From a virus: a DNA stretch of 64,000 nucleotides. The notes under the pieces are model-generated. The model ran no database searches, was not told the origin of the DNA, and saw only the letters and a list, made by a program, of their open reading frames with translations. Location: the IMG/VR virus record IMGVR_UViG_3300020057_000027, positions 1 to 64,000 of that record; one strand, 5' to 3'. The position numbers were made by a program, and so were the translations under genes. Below, piece after piece: positions 45,574-54,303 of the stretch (position 1 is the stretch's first letter; each line of letters begins with the position of its first letter).

Positions 45574-46056
45574 ATGTCACTTTGGACTAACGATACACCC
45601 CCAACATTTCAAAACCCTAAATCTGGCCCTGCCGTTGCAACGGCCGCTGGTTGGGTTGACCCTAATACTGGAGAAGTTCTAGTAGCTATTAGCAATCTAA
45701 CAACAAAAGCCGGTGCTGCCGATGTATTAACCACACGTTTTGAAAATGGTTCATATATACAAGGACAAGCACTTAAGGTGTTTGTACACTACAACGAAAA
45801 AGTTGATGTGGTTGTCGGAGCAACAATAGAAGCTTCATGGTCGGGTCCTTTTGGTAACGTAACGCTTACTGCCCCAGCACAAATTGGAACATATGATGTT
45901 CGGTTTGATGGTGTTGTTCCTTCAGAAGCAGGAACACTTTCAGTTGCCGCACAAACTCTTTTAGGTACTGTGACTGATAATCTAGGTGGCGCTCCATCTA
46001 ACGTTAGTATTTCAAGTGTTGCCGGAGCCGCTGCAGGAACACGTCCAGTAGCGTAA
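45574..46056 (+). CDS. Putative structural (Ig-like) protein
   Basis: Strong SD; AGWV...EVLVAI motif, V.YNE.V.V, Ala/Gly/Thr-rich. Confidence 0.5.
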   Translation: MSLWTNDTPPTFQNPKSGPAVATAAGWVDPNTGEVLVAISNLTTKAGAADVLTTRFENGSYIQGQALKVFVHYNEKVDVVVGATIEASWSGPFGNVTLTAPAQIGTYDVRFDGVVPSEAGTLSVAAQTLLGTVTDNLGGAPSNVSISSVAGAAAGTRPVA

Positions 46057-46069
46057 CGACAGAATTATT

Positions 46070-46483
46070 ATGTTGAGTATGATGAGCAAAATCAACTACG
46101 AACGGTTGACGGATGAAAACTTCTTGATGTATGCTATGCAGAACTATGAGAATCCTCAGTGCGTAAGTATTGATGACTTTCACGATGATCTGTTAAGGAT
46201 AAAATATCTCAAGAGACTCCTCAACCGTTATAAAGAAACGGGAGAATTAAAAGATCAATTGATTCTTAATCATATGATCGTTCTTTATAATGTATTTGGT
46301 GTTGAAGCCTGTACAAGAATGTTATTCTTCAAAATTGATTCTCATCTTTGGTCTTATCTTAAGACCTTTTTAGTTTATAAACATTATATGCCAGATAGAG
46401 TCTATGGTATAAATGGTAAAACAATTTTAGACACTGATATTCCACTAGACGCAGGAATAATTAAAGCTCTGAGAGAAATCTAA
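46070..46483 (+). CDS. Conserved T4-like hypothetical protein
   Basis: YA...Y.NP.C....F..DL.RIKYLKRL, LILNH.I.LYNVFG. Confidence 0.7.
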   Translation: MLSMMSKINYERLTDENFLMYAMQNYENPQCVSIDDFHDDLLRIKYLKRLLNRYKETGELKDQLILNHMIVLYNVFGVEACTRMLFFKIDSHLWSYLKTFLVYKHYMPDRVYGINGKTILDTDIPLDAGIIKALREI

Positions 46484-47019
46484 TGAGTACACCAAAACGA
46501 ACATTGCTAACTGAAGGTGCCGTAGATTTTCTAGTTCTATATTCCTTTCTTAAAAAATTAACAACTCCATTTACAGAATGGGAAGCCTTCAAACTTGGCA
46601 TCATAGATGAAGATGGTAAAGTTCTCCGCAAGCGAGCAACACTAACAGAACCAAAAGAAAAAGGCGCATTTACTTTGTTTGATATTCTAGTATTGAATAT
46701 TAAAAAAATCATTGAAAGATTACCAAACGGCAAAAGCAAGCTGGCAACATTCATAGCTGGATTATTCTTAATGAAAGAAGAAAGAAACCACGAACTATGT
46801 TTGAATGAAGATATTGCATATGAATCATTCATGGACTTCTATGATATAGTTCTTTCAGATCCAGAACTTAAAAAACAAGTTGAATTGTTAATGAAGAAAG
46901 AAATAGAAGAAGACGCCGCAGCAAATTCCGTTGGTGGAGGTGGTGTAGCCGGTTTAACCGTTGCCACAGGTGGTCCAGTCATAAGAAACCGCAAGAAATT
47001 CAAGAGTTATTCTAAGTAG
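46483..47019 (+). CDS. Conserved T4-like hypothetical protein
   Basis: LTTPF..W.AFKLGIIDEDG; C-terminal EDAAANSVG. Confidence 0.7.
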   Translation: MSTPKRTLLTEGAVDFLVLYSFLKKLTTPFTEWEAFKLGIIDEDGKVLRKRATLTEPKEKGAFTLFDILVLNIKKIIERLPNGKSKLATFIAGLFLMKEERNHELCLNEDIAYESFMDFYDIVLSDPELKKQVELLMKKEIEEDAAANSVGGGGVAGLTVATGGPVIRNRKKFKSYSK

Positions 47020-47121
47020 TTACAAGCTCCAAAATATATCAAATACCCTATTGTCAAGGTGATATAGATATGTTATAATAAGATTATAGAGTTTAATCTA
47101 TGCTTGGAGATAAATATTATT

Positions 47122-47439
47122 ATGAGTAACGAAAAAGATTTTTTTGATAAGTTTGGTTTAGAGGTTGTATCTGGCGATATTGAAGTCGGACAAACATACC
47201 CAATCTACGGAATGATTACCAAGATAATTGATGATAGGGTTGGTTCAGTTGTAGTAGAAATAAATTATAACATTCAAGCCAACTTACAGATACCAGATGA
47301 AGAAAAAATTCAACTCATTAAAGAACGTGCTTTTGAGCCGGGAATCTTTGTTAGTACGGTTACTTCAAAAGATCCGAAAGTTATTGTGGAGGTCGTAACC
47401 GTTGTCTTCGGTAGAAAACAAACAAGTCAAGTACAATAA
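47122..47439 (+). CDS. Hypothetical protein
   Basis: ORF with upstream TTGTCA-17-TATAAT and GGAG. Confidence 0.7.
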   Translation: MSNEKDFFDKFGLEVVSGDIEVGQTYPIYGMITKIIDDRVGSVVVEINYNIQANLQIPDEEKIQLIKERAFEPGIFVSTVTSKDPKVIVEVVTVVFGRKQTSQVQ

Positions 47440-47440
47440 T

Positions 47441-47782
47441 ATGAGTGACACTCCACAAAAAGAAATTATCATAAAACTTAAACAGAGTGTCTCAGTATTA
47501 GAGGGTGCTATCAGCATGGCTGCCGCAACCATAATTCAAAAATTTGGAAAAGATCATCCAGCTTCCGTTAGACTTGATTCTTATACTGAGGTAATTAAAA
47601 CTCAAAAAGAATATATTAATAATTTAATCAATGCGGTGGAAAACAACAATTGGTCTGATGTTTCACGAATGACACAGATCATAAATGGTTTATCATCCAT
47701 GATTAAAGATGATGCTAGAGCCATGGTGGAATGTATGTATGAAGGAAAAGATTGCGAAATAGATAAAGATGTGTTAAACTAG
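47441..47782 (+). CDS. Hypothetical helical protein
   Basis: ORF; ATG directly after previous stop. Confidence 0.65.
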   Translation: MSDTPQKEIIIKLKQSVSVLEGAISMAAATIIQKFGKDHPASVRLDSYTEVIKTQKEYINNLINAVENNNWSDVSRMTQIINGLSSMIKDDARAMVECMYEGKDCEIDKDVLN

Positions 47783-47828
47783 ATAAAATAAAATTACTTT
47801 TGTAATTAATTAATTGGAGTGAATAAAA

Positions 47829-49268
47829 ATGAATAAACTAATAACCTGTTGTCTTATTTTGTGTTGCTGTTGTAGTACAGCATATGCAACAAATAAAGAC
47901 AAATGTAAAGACAAATGTAAATCCCAAGGTAAAGACGTAGCTCATATCTGTAGTAATGCAGATCTTGATCGGGGCAAAGTAAATGTATGTCACGTACCTC
48001 CAGGATGTCCTAAAAATGAACATACAATTTGTGTATCGCAAAATGCGGTAGATAATGATGGTGTTGGTCACTTTCCTGGACAACACGGTGGAGATTATTT
48101 TGGTGTTTGTGAATCAGACCAAGGAAATCCTACACCAACTCCGACTGCTACACCTACAGCGACTCCGAGTTGTACTCCAACTCCTAGACCGAGTGCGAGC
48201 CCGACTCCAAACCCAAGTGTAAGTCCAACCCCTGAAGGTAGTCCAACTCCTCAGCCGAGTTCTACTCCAACTCCTGAACCAAGTGCGAGTCCAACTCCTC
48301 AGCCGAGTTCTACTCCAACTCCTCAGCCGAGTGCGAGTCCAACTCCTTCTGAAAAGGTTAAGATTTGTCACTTGACTGGTGAATCAGATCCTCGCGCAAT
48401 TAATATTGAAGTTGCGCTAGAAGCTCTCCCAGCACACATTCAGCACGGCGATCATCAAGGCGCTTGTGTGTTTGACTGTGCCGGTGCTCCATTCGGTGAA
48501 GCTACGGTAGATGCTTGTGGTATCTGCGGCGGCGATGGTTCAGCATGTAAAGGTTGTGATGGTACTGCAAACAGTGGTAAGAAACTAGACGATTGTGGAG
48601 TGTGTGGTGGACAAAACAACACATGTCTTGATTGTGCTGGTGTACCAAACGGTGGCAAGAAAACAGATAGTTGTGGTATGTGTGGTGGCGATGGTACATC
48701 ATGTGTAGATTGTTCTGGTATACCTAATGGTCCAAATAAACCCGACTCGTGTGGTGTTTGTTCTGGTTCAAATAGTTGTCTTGATTGTTCTGGAATTCCT
48801 AATGGTGGTACACTTGTAGATAAGTGTGGTACTTGTGGTGGTTCTGGTGGTGAAGTTACTAAGATTAGGATTGATAAGAAAAAGCTTATCAAGCTTGCTC
48901 ATACTTTACTTCTCAAGAAAACTATTCCTTACTTTAATGGTGCGGTAAAATGTAATAAAGCATTTACTAAACTTGCTGGTAAGGGTACTACTTCTGCAAA
49001 AGCTACACATAAAGCAATCGTAGAAGCTATTACTAAACTTAAGACTGAAGTGTTACTATGTCCTGGAGAATGTGAACGAGATATCAACAAAGAATTGTTG
49101 AAGCTTATTAGTTCTCTTGCAAAGACACAATACAAGTATGCTGCTCAAGCTCAACACGCTGGGCGCGCTGCATGTAAGAATGATGGTCCTGGACTTGCTC
49201 TAACCAAGCCAATTGAAAACAATATTCATACTATTGTTAATAATTGTCCAACACATGTGTGTAAGTAA
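47829..49268 (+). CDS. Secreted cysteine-rich protein with Pro/Thr/Ser linker and DxCGxCGG repeats
   Basis: Signal peptide-like N-terminus, two K...CH...H..D..G.C modules, (S/T)PTPxP repeats, DC.G.PNG...D.CG.CGG repeats. Confidence 0.85.
   Translation: MNKLITCCLILCCCCSTAYATNKDKCKDKCKSQGKDVAHICSNADLDRGKVNVCHVPPGCPKNEHTICVSQNAVDNDGVGHFPGQHGGDYFGVCESDQGNPTPTPTATPTATPSCTPTPRPSASPTPNPSVSPTPEGSPTPQPSSTPTPEPSASPTPQPSSTPTPQPSASPTPSEKVKICHLTGESDPRAINIEVALEALPAHIQHGDHQGACVFDCAGAPFGEATVDACGICGGDGSACKGCDGTANSGKKLDDCGVCGGQNNTCLDCAGVPNGGKKTDSCGMCGGDGTSCVDCSGIPNGPNKPDSCGVCSGSNSCLDCSGIPNGGTLVDKCGTCGGSGGEVTKIRIDKKKLIKLAHTLLLKKTIPYFNGAVKCNKAFTKLAGKGTTSAKATHKAIVEAITKLKTEVLLCPGECERDINKELLKLISSLAKTQYKYAAQAQHAGRAACKNDGPGLALTKPIENNIHTIVNNCPTHVCK
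48130..48350 (+). repeat. Degenerate 24-bp coding repeats (SPTPQPS)
   Basis: ccaactcctcagccgagt-type units recur. Confidence 0.8.
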
Positions 49269-49281
49269 GTTGAAATAAACT

Positions 49282-49316
49282 AAGGGCGGGGTAGAAATAT
49301 CCCGCCCTTTCTTTTT
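49282..49316 (+). terminator. Rho-independent terminator
   Basis: aagggcggg...cccgccctt stem plus T run. Confidence 0.85.
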
Positions 49317-49328
49317 GGGATATACATT

Positions 49329-49835
49329 ATGAAAATGACAGTGATGCTTATTGCTACTATTGGATCTTTAATTTACCCTCAAGATATTCAGATGAATCCA
49401 ATGCCAAAATATATTATACCACAACATAAAGAAACTTTAGCTGAACAGATAATTAGAATTTCATTAAAGTATCAGATAAATCCTAAACTAATTTTTTCAA
49501 TAATTCAACAAGAAAGCAAATTCAATTCACTAGCAATATCAAAAAAAGGCGCTGTAGGTTTAATGCAGTTGATGCCAAAAACTGCTAAGTGGTTAAAAGT
49601 TGACCGCCATCATCCAGAACAAAATCTTGATGGTGGTATTAGATATCTTGCCATGCAATTACGTAAATATAAATCAGTAAAGCTTGCATTGGCCGCTTAC
49701 AATGCAGGTCCAGGAAATGTTGATAAATACAATAAGACAATACCTCCGTTTAAACAAACAGAGGTTTATATAAAAAATATTTGTTCGGTGTACCAAAGAT
49801 GCGAGCATTTTTCATCTTCAATAATCTCAGGGTAG
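49329..49835 (+). CDS. Lytic transglycosylase (SLT domain)
   Basis: QES, GAVGLMQLMP, ALAAYNAG. Confidence 0.95.
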   Translation: MKMTVMLIATIGSLIYPQDIQMNPMPKYIIPQHKETLAEQIIRISLKYQINPKLIFSIIQQESKFNSLAISKKGAVGLMQLMPKTAKWLKVDRHHPEQNLDGGIRYLAMQLRKYKSVKLALAAYNAGPGNVDKYNKTIPPFKQTEVYIKNICSVYQRCEHFSSSIISG

Positions 49836-50197
49836 ACAAGTTTAGACTTGATGATGCTCCGTTTCCTGGATTTGAGTTACTAACTTGGGAAGATCACACA
49901 AAGGTTTTTGGAACATTGTGGGATATGGGTGAAGATGCTGGATACACACAGATAGGAAATTCATACGTAGCTGGACAATTATGGATAGCACACGATCTGA
50001 ATCAGATAGATGAGTTAGAATATTTCCTTGGAGCTAAGTCAGGTTTAACAGAGCCGTGTAAAGTAAAAGCTCTTGTGGAAGATAAAGAAATAAAAGAAGA
50101 AATAGATGCTACAGTCTACAAACTTAAAAAAATTGATACTATATATAAGATAGTTGATGATGGTTACTGGTTGATTAAACGACAAATGATGAGATAA
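49799..50197 (+). CDS. Gamma-glutamylcyclotransferase/AIG2-like fold protein (tentative)
   Basis: G.LWD.G...G....G...V.G.LW...LDELE pattern. Confidence 0.4.
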   Translation: MRAFFIFNNLRVDKFRLDDAPFPGFELLTWEDHTKVFGTLWDMGEDAGYTQIGNSYVAGQLWIAHDLNQIDELEYFLGAKSGLTEPCKVKALVEDKEIKEEIDATVYKLKKIDTIYKIVDDGYWLIKRQMMR

Positions 50198-50201
50198 TAT
50201 T

Positions 50202-50612
50202 ATGCCTCCACAAATACTTGCTTTAATATTTAATAAGTACACAGCCGCAATAGTTCTTGTTCTAAGTGTATTGGGTTATATTTACTTCCTTCGCCATTCG
50301 GTTGAAGTTCTACAGAAAGAAAAAACAGAATTACTTTTGGTTGTAGAGCAACAGAAACGTGCAGTAGAACAGATGCAAAAAGATATTGCTAATGTTGTAA
50401 AAGCAAAAGATGATCTTGTAGCCGCAAAAGAAAGTCTTGATGCTGAAAAGAAAAAGCTAGAAGAAACGTTATACAGAGAAACCAAGAAAAAGAAATCATT
50501 AGAAGAACTAGCACAAAAGAAAACTACATTAGTTCAGAAGCTAGTTAATAAAGCCACCCAGGAAGTTTTTGATTGTTTTGAAGTAATTAGTGCAGGCGGA
50601 GATTGCAAGTGA
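50202..50612 (+). CDS. Putative i-spanin (Rz-like)
   Basis: N-terminal TM, long coiled coil, C-terminal Cys; lipoproteins follow. Confidence 0.7.
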   Translation: MPPQILALIFNKYTAAIVLVLSVLGYIYFLRHSVEVLQKEKTELLLVVEQQKRAVEQMQKDIANVVKAKDDLVAAKESLDAEKKKLEETLYRETKKKKSLEELAQKKTTLVQKLVNKATQEVFDCFEVISAGGDCK

Positions 50613-50737
50613 AATTTATATTATGTTTAGTTATAATGTTTTGTTTTGGTTGTGCCTGTAAAAGTAAACCAAAAAGTGATTGTAATTTAGACCCAGCCAC
50701 GGGATTAATATTATGTATTTGTAAAGGTGTAAAATGA
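50609..50737 (+). CDS. Small Cys-rich putative lipoprotein (42 aa, not in ORF track)
   Basis: GTG start, MKFILCLVIMFCFGC...; GTGA and ATGA overlaps with both neighbours. Confidence 0.6.
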   Translation: MKFILCLVIMFCFGCACKSKPKSDCNLDPATGLILCICKGVK

Positions 50738-51063
50738 AAAATATAATTGTAAGTCTATTAATGTTGTGTATGCTAACTGGTTGTGGGTTAAATACCTTTA
50801 CAACACCAACGGAAAGAGTTCCACTTAATCTTTCTCAGCCAGCTCCACTTAAACTTAAGAAGGTTGAGTTTGTCGTTATTCATAAAGACAATGCTGCCAC
50901 AGTATTTGCTGAACTTGAAAAGCAAGGTCTTCAGCCTGTAGTGTTTGCTTTAACTGGTGCTGATTATAAAGCACTAGCGATCAATGTTGGTGATATTAAA
51001 ACACATCTTTTACTACAAAGAAAAATTATCATTCTATATAAACATTACTACGAGGGGAAATAA
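50734..51063 (+). CDS. Putative o-spanin lipoprotein (Rz1-like)
   Basis: Lipobox LTGC, Pro-rich segment, Y..LA.N...I...Y..YY end. Confidence 0.75.
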   Translation: MKNIIVSLLMLCMLTGCGLNTFTTPTERVPLNLSQPAPLKLKKVEFVVIHKDNAATVFAELEKQGLQPVVFALTGADYKALAINVGDIKTHLLLQRKIIILYKHYYEGK

Positions 51064-51303
51064 ATGGCTAAAGAAAAGAAAGAGAAGAAACCAAGAAAAG
51101 CTAAACAAGCAACACAAGAACAACTTCTTCCGTCAAAGATTATAGAAGTTGATAAAGATGCTGTAGCTGTTGGAGTCCAAGAAAAGGTTGTCGTATCTCA
51201 AGAGAAGAAGAGATTACTTCCTCACCAATTAGTTCAAACTCTTGAAGCTCTCCTTGTCCGAGTGTCCAATCTGGAAGTAGAAGTAAAAGCACTAAAAAAA
51301 TAG
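51064..51303 (+). CDS. Hypothetical protein
   Basis: SD GAGG; C-terminal coiled coil. Confidence 0.55.
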   Translation: MAKEKKEKKPRKAKQATQEQLLPSKIIEVDKDAVAVGVQEKVVVSQEKKRLLPHQLVQTLEALLVRVSNLEVEVKALKK

Positions 51304-51348
51304 TTGCCTTTATTTGTCCGATTTGATATACTGTATTTGTTATTTTAA

Positions 51349-52623
51349 GTGAGAAATATTATGGGAACTCCACGCTACAATCAAACACCAGAACAAATGA
51401 AACCTTGGCAGAAAGGTTTTGATATAAAAGAAATTGAAGACTACAGATCTACTTTTGATTGTAGTTATAATAAGTTTGCCAGAGGTCCATTCTCTACGTG
51501 GAACAATCCTAAAGTTGCCGATAGTCTTTCTAAACAGCGTATAGTTGAATTATGTGAATGTTATTACGAAAATTTAGGTGGTGGTAAAAACGGCAAACTT
51601 TTATATTGCGAAAACGTTCCTTGTCCTGGATACATTGATACTCATATAGCAAAAACATCTACTGATATTGTGATGTATTTTGATGTTGTGATTGGTCGTA
51701 AGCTTAGAGGTGATAGAATTATTAATGCTATTGCTTATAGTCAAGGTGTTTCAGAAGCTCCAGATATTGCTGCCTTCATTTCACGTATTAATGAATGGCG
51801 AGAACCTATTTGGTTTTATATTTGGGAAGAAGATCCAGTTCAAAAAGAAATTGCTTTAGGTGCAGGCTTCAAAAAGATTGGTGTTAAGATTAGTTCATTC
51901 TCTGAGGTATATGGTATTTACTTCCGAGATGGTGACAATGAGACACCGACTCGGAAACATCCAGTTGTAGATCAAGCTGAACTTGCTTATATGTTACAGC
52001 TTAAAACTCTTCCTGATTTTAAAGCATTAGCTGAAGCAATGGGTGATCGTATTCGTGAACTTGATGGAGAGTTTGCTAATCACTATTCAAAATATAATAA
52101 GTCTAAAGCTTGGGGTGCGTTGTCTATTAGAGGTTATTCTTCTGAAATAACAATGATTGAAAAACCTTCTTGTATGAATGAAGCGTGGCAGAAAGAACAC
52201 GAAAACGATAATCTAGTATTACAAGATACTGAATTACGTAAAAAGTTTCCTGAACTTGAAAAGATACTCAGAGATTTTCCAAGTACAAATTTTGACCGTA
52301 TCAGATTGATGAGACTTCAACCAGGAGGCGGTGAATTATCTAGGCACGTAGATCACGTTGAAGGTGATTCTGGAATCTCTGATGGACGTATTATGAGGTT
52401 TCATATTCCTATTATAACTAATCCTAAAGTATTATTCACTATGTGGAACACAAACGGCGAGAAAGTAGAACAGACAATGAAACAGGGTGAAGCTTGGTTA
52501 TTTGATTTTCGTAAGCCGCATATGGCAGTAAATGGTGGTGATGATATTCGTATTCATCTTGTAATTGACGTTGTAATGGACGAAAAATTCCGCAAGCTGA
52601 TACGAGAAAATCTATGCAATTAA
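51349..52623 (+). CDS. Fusion of GNAT-like domain and Asp/Asn beta-hydroxylase-type 2OG-Fe(II) oxygenase
   Basis: C-terminal RH.D...RFHIP...KPH..VN....RIHLVID; N-terminal W.Y..EE.......GF...G GNAT-like pattern. Confidence 0.75.
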   Translation: MRNIMGTPRYNQTPEQMKPWQKGFDIKEIEDYRSTFDCSYNKFARGPFSTWNNPKVADSLSKQRIVELCECYYENLGGGKNGKLLYCENVPCPGYIDTHIAKTSTDIVMYFDVVIGRKLRGDRIINAIAYSQGVSEAPDIAAFISRINEWREPIWFYIWEEDPVQKEIALGAGFKKIGVKISSFSEVYGIYFRDGDNETPTRKHPVVDQAELAYMLQLKTLPDFKALAEAMGDRIRELDGEFANHYSKYNKSKAWGALSIRGYSSEITMIEKPSCMNEAWQKEHENDNLVLQDTELRKKFPELEKILRDFPSTNFDRIRLMRLQPGGGELSRHVDHVEGDSGISDGRIMRFHIPIITNPKVLFTMWNTNGEKVEQTMKQGEAWLFDFRKPHMAVNGGDDIRIHLVIDVVMDEKFRKLIRENLCN

Positions 52624-53045
52624 ATCATGCAGATTTAGATGACTTGAATGAAATCTTTCAAGCTTTCTATAAAAACAAAACTTGGTTCCCTCATATCCGA
52701 AAGGACTATCTACGTAGACAGATCGAAAGAGGTAACTGTATTTTTGAGCAGGGAGTTATAATCACATATAACGAATATCAAAAAAGACAAAGAATAGGCA
52801 CTCAAGAAGCCAAACGTGGAGATATAATTCTACATCAAATATTAAATGCTCAAGAAGGTTCAGGTAAAGCTGGATTGATATTAGAGCAGTTTTTTAAACT
52901 AGTTAATAAGCCAGTATGGTTGACCGTGAGAGCAGAAAATAGTAGAGCAATCCAATTCTATGAAAAACACGGTATGAAAAACGTTGGAGAAACTTCTTGG
53001 CTTGGTGGAACGATGAAGGGTGTTGTGTTCCTTAAAGAAGTATGA
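52614..53045 (+). CDS. GNAT acetyltransferase
   Basis: EGSGKAG, WLTVRAENSRAIQFYEKHGM. Confidence 0.88.
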   Translation: MQLNHADLDDLNEIFQAFYKNKTWFPHIRKDYLRRQIERGNCIFEQGVIITYNEYQKRQRIGTQEAKRGDIILHQILNAQEGSGKAGLILEQFFKLVNKPVWLTVRAENSRAIQFYEKHGMKNVGETSWLGGTMKGVVFLKEV

Positions 53046-53057
53046 TATGATTAGATC

Positions 53058-54065
53058 ATGCAGTATCTTGATGTAAAATATATAAATCTGTGTGGATCTC
53101 AATTACGTAATTTCAAGCGTAAAGATAAAGACACGTATAATTGTTCGTGTCCAATCTGCGGTGACAGTGAAAAGAAGTTATCTAAAGCAAGAGGTTTTTT
53201 CTTAGCCAAAGGAACCTCAGTATATTATCACTGCCATAATTGCGGTATCAGTCTTTCATTCGCACATTTTTTGAAGAAAGTTTTCCCTCTTCAGTATAAT
53301 GAATATATTCTTGAGAAATATAAAGATAAAAAAGAAACAACTATTAGCATCCCAGCTCCTATAGTTAAAATACCATTAAAGAAAATGGTATCACAACACG
53401 CAACATCTATAGATCTTTTAGATGATGCTCATTATGCTAAAGAGTATATTAAAGCAAGAATGATTCCAGAAGATAAACTTTCTTTGTTATATTTTACTGA
53501 TGATTTTGCAAAGCTTACAGAAGATCTGTTTCCCGGCCAGTATCCATCATTACGTTCTAATGATGCTAGAATTGTAATACCATTCTTTAATAAACAGAAT
53601 GAAGTCATAGGACTTCAGGGTAGATCATTAGATGGTGATAGTCAGTTGAGATATATTACTGCAAGAGCTAATAAAGAAGTAGCATTGATTTTCGGTCAAG
53701 AGCGGCTAGACTTAACTAAAAAAGTTTTAGTTGTTGAAGGTCCGATTGATAGTTTGTTTCTTCCAAATTGTTTAGCTGTGGCAAGTTCAGATCTTGAAAG
53801 ATCTTTTCGCGTTGTTACTAACATTAATGATTATGTTTTGGTGTTTGATAATGAACCAAGAAATAAAGAAATTGTTTCTTTAGTATCAGCCGCAGTAGAA
53901 AATAATAGAACTGTTTGTATTTGGCCACAACAGTTTCAAGAAAAAGATATCAATGATATGGTTAGAGTTGGACATTCTAAAGAAGAAATATATAAAGAGA
54001 TTCTTGCTAATTCTTTCTCTGGTATTAGAGCTAAAATGAAACTGGCTGAATGGAAAAGGTGTTGA
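53058..54065 (+). CDS. gp61: DNA primase
   Basis: CPICGDS, CHNC, QGR, VEGPIDSLF, FDNEPRN, KDIND. Confidence 0.96.
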   Translation: MQYLDVKYINLCGSQLRNFKRKDKDTYNCSCPICGDSEKKLSKARGFFLAKGTSVYYHCHNCGISLSFAHFLKKVFPLQYNEYILEKYKDKKETTISIPAPIVKIPLKKMVSQHATSIDLLDDAHYAKEYIKARMIPEDKLSLLYFTDDFAKLTEDLFPGQYPSLRSNDARIVIPFFNKQNEVIGLQGRSLDGDSQLRYITARANKEVALIFGQERLDLTKKVLVVEGPIDSLFLPNCLAVASSDLERSFRVVTNINDYVLVFDNEPRNKEIVSLVSAAVENNRTVCIWPQQFQEKDINDMVRVGHSKEEIYKEILANSFSGIRAKMKLAEWKRC

Positions 54066-54066
54066 G

Positions 54067-54300
54067 ATGACTTTAATTGTTTTTGAAATATTCACGCAAA
54101 GTTTAGTATTAGGAGATACTTTTTCTAAGGGTTTATATTTTCGTAGTGCTACCGTAGTTAAGAAAGCTAAAGCTATAGCAAAACAAAATAACTGGAAAAA
54201 AGTTAAAGTGGAAGGATATAAATTTGTTTGGGGTGAAGCAGATGATTATGGACTTCTTGCTGGTGTTTATATAATAGAAAGAACGATAAGTGAGGAATAA
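54067..54300 (+). CDS. Hypothetical protein
   Basis: ORF packed in operon. Confidence 0.55.
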   Translation: MTLIVFEIFTQSLVLGDTFSKGLYFRSATVVKKAKAIAKQNNWKKVKVEGYKFVWGEADDYGLLAGVYIIERTISEE

Positions 54301-54303
54301 AAT

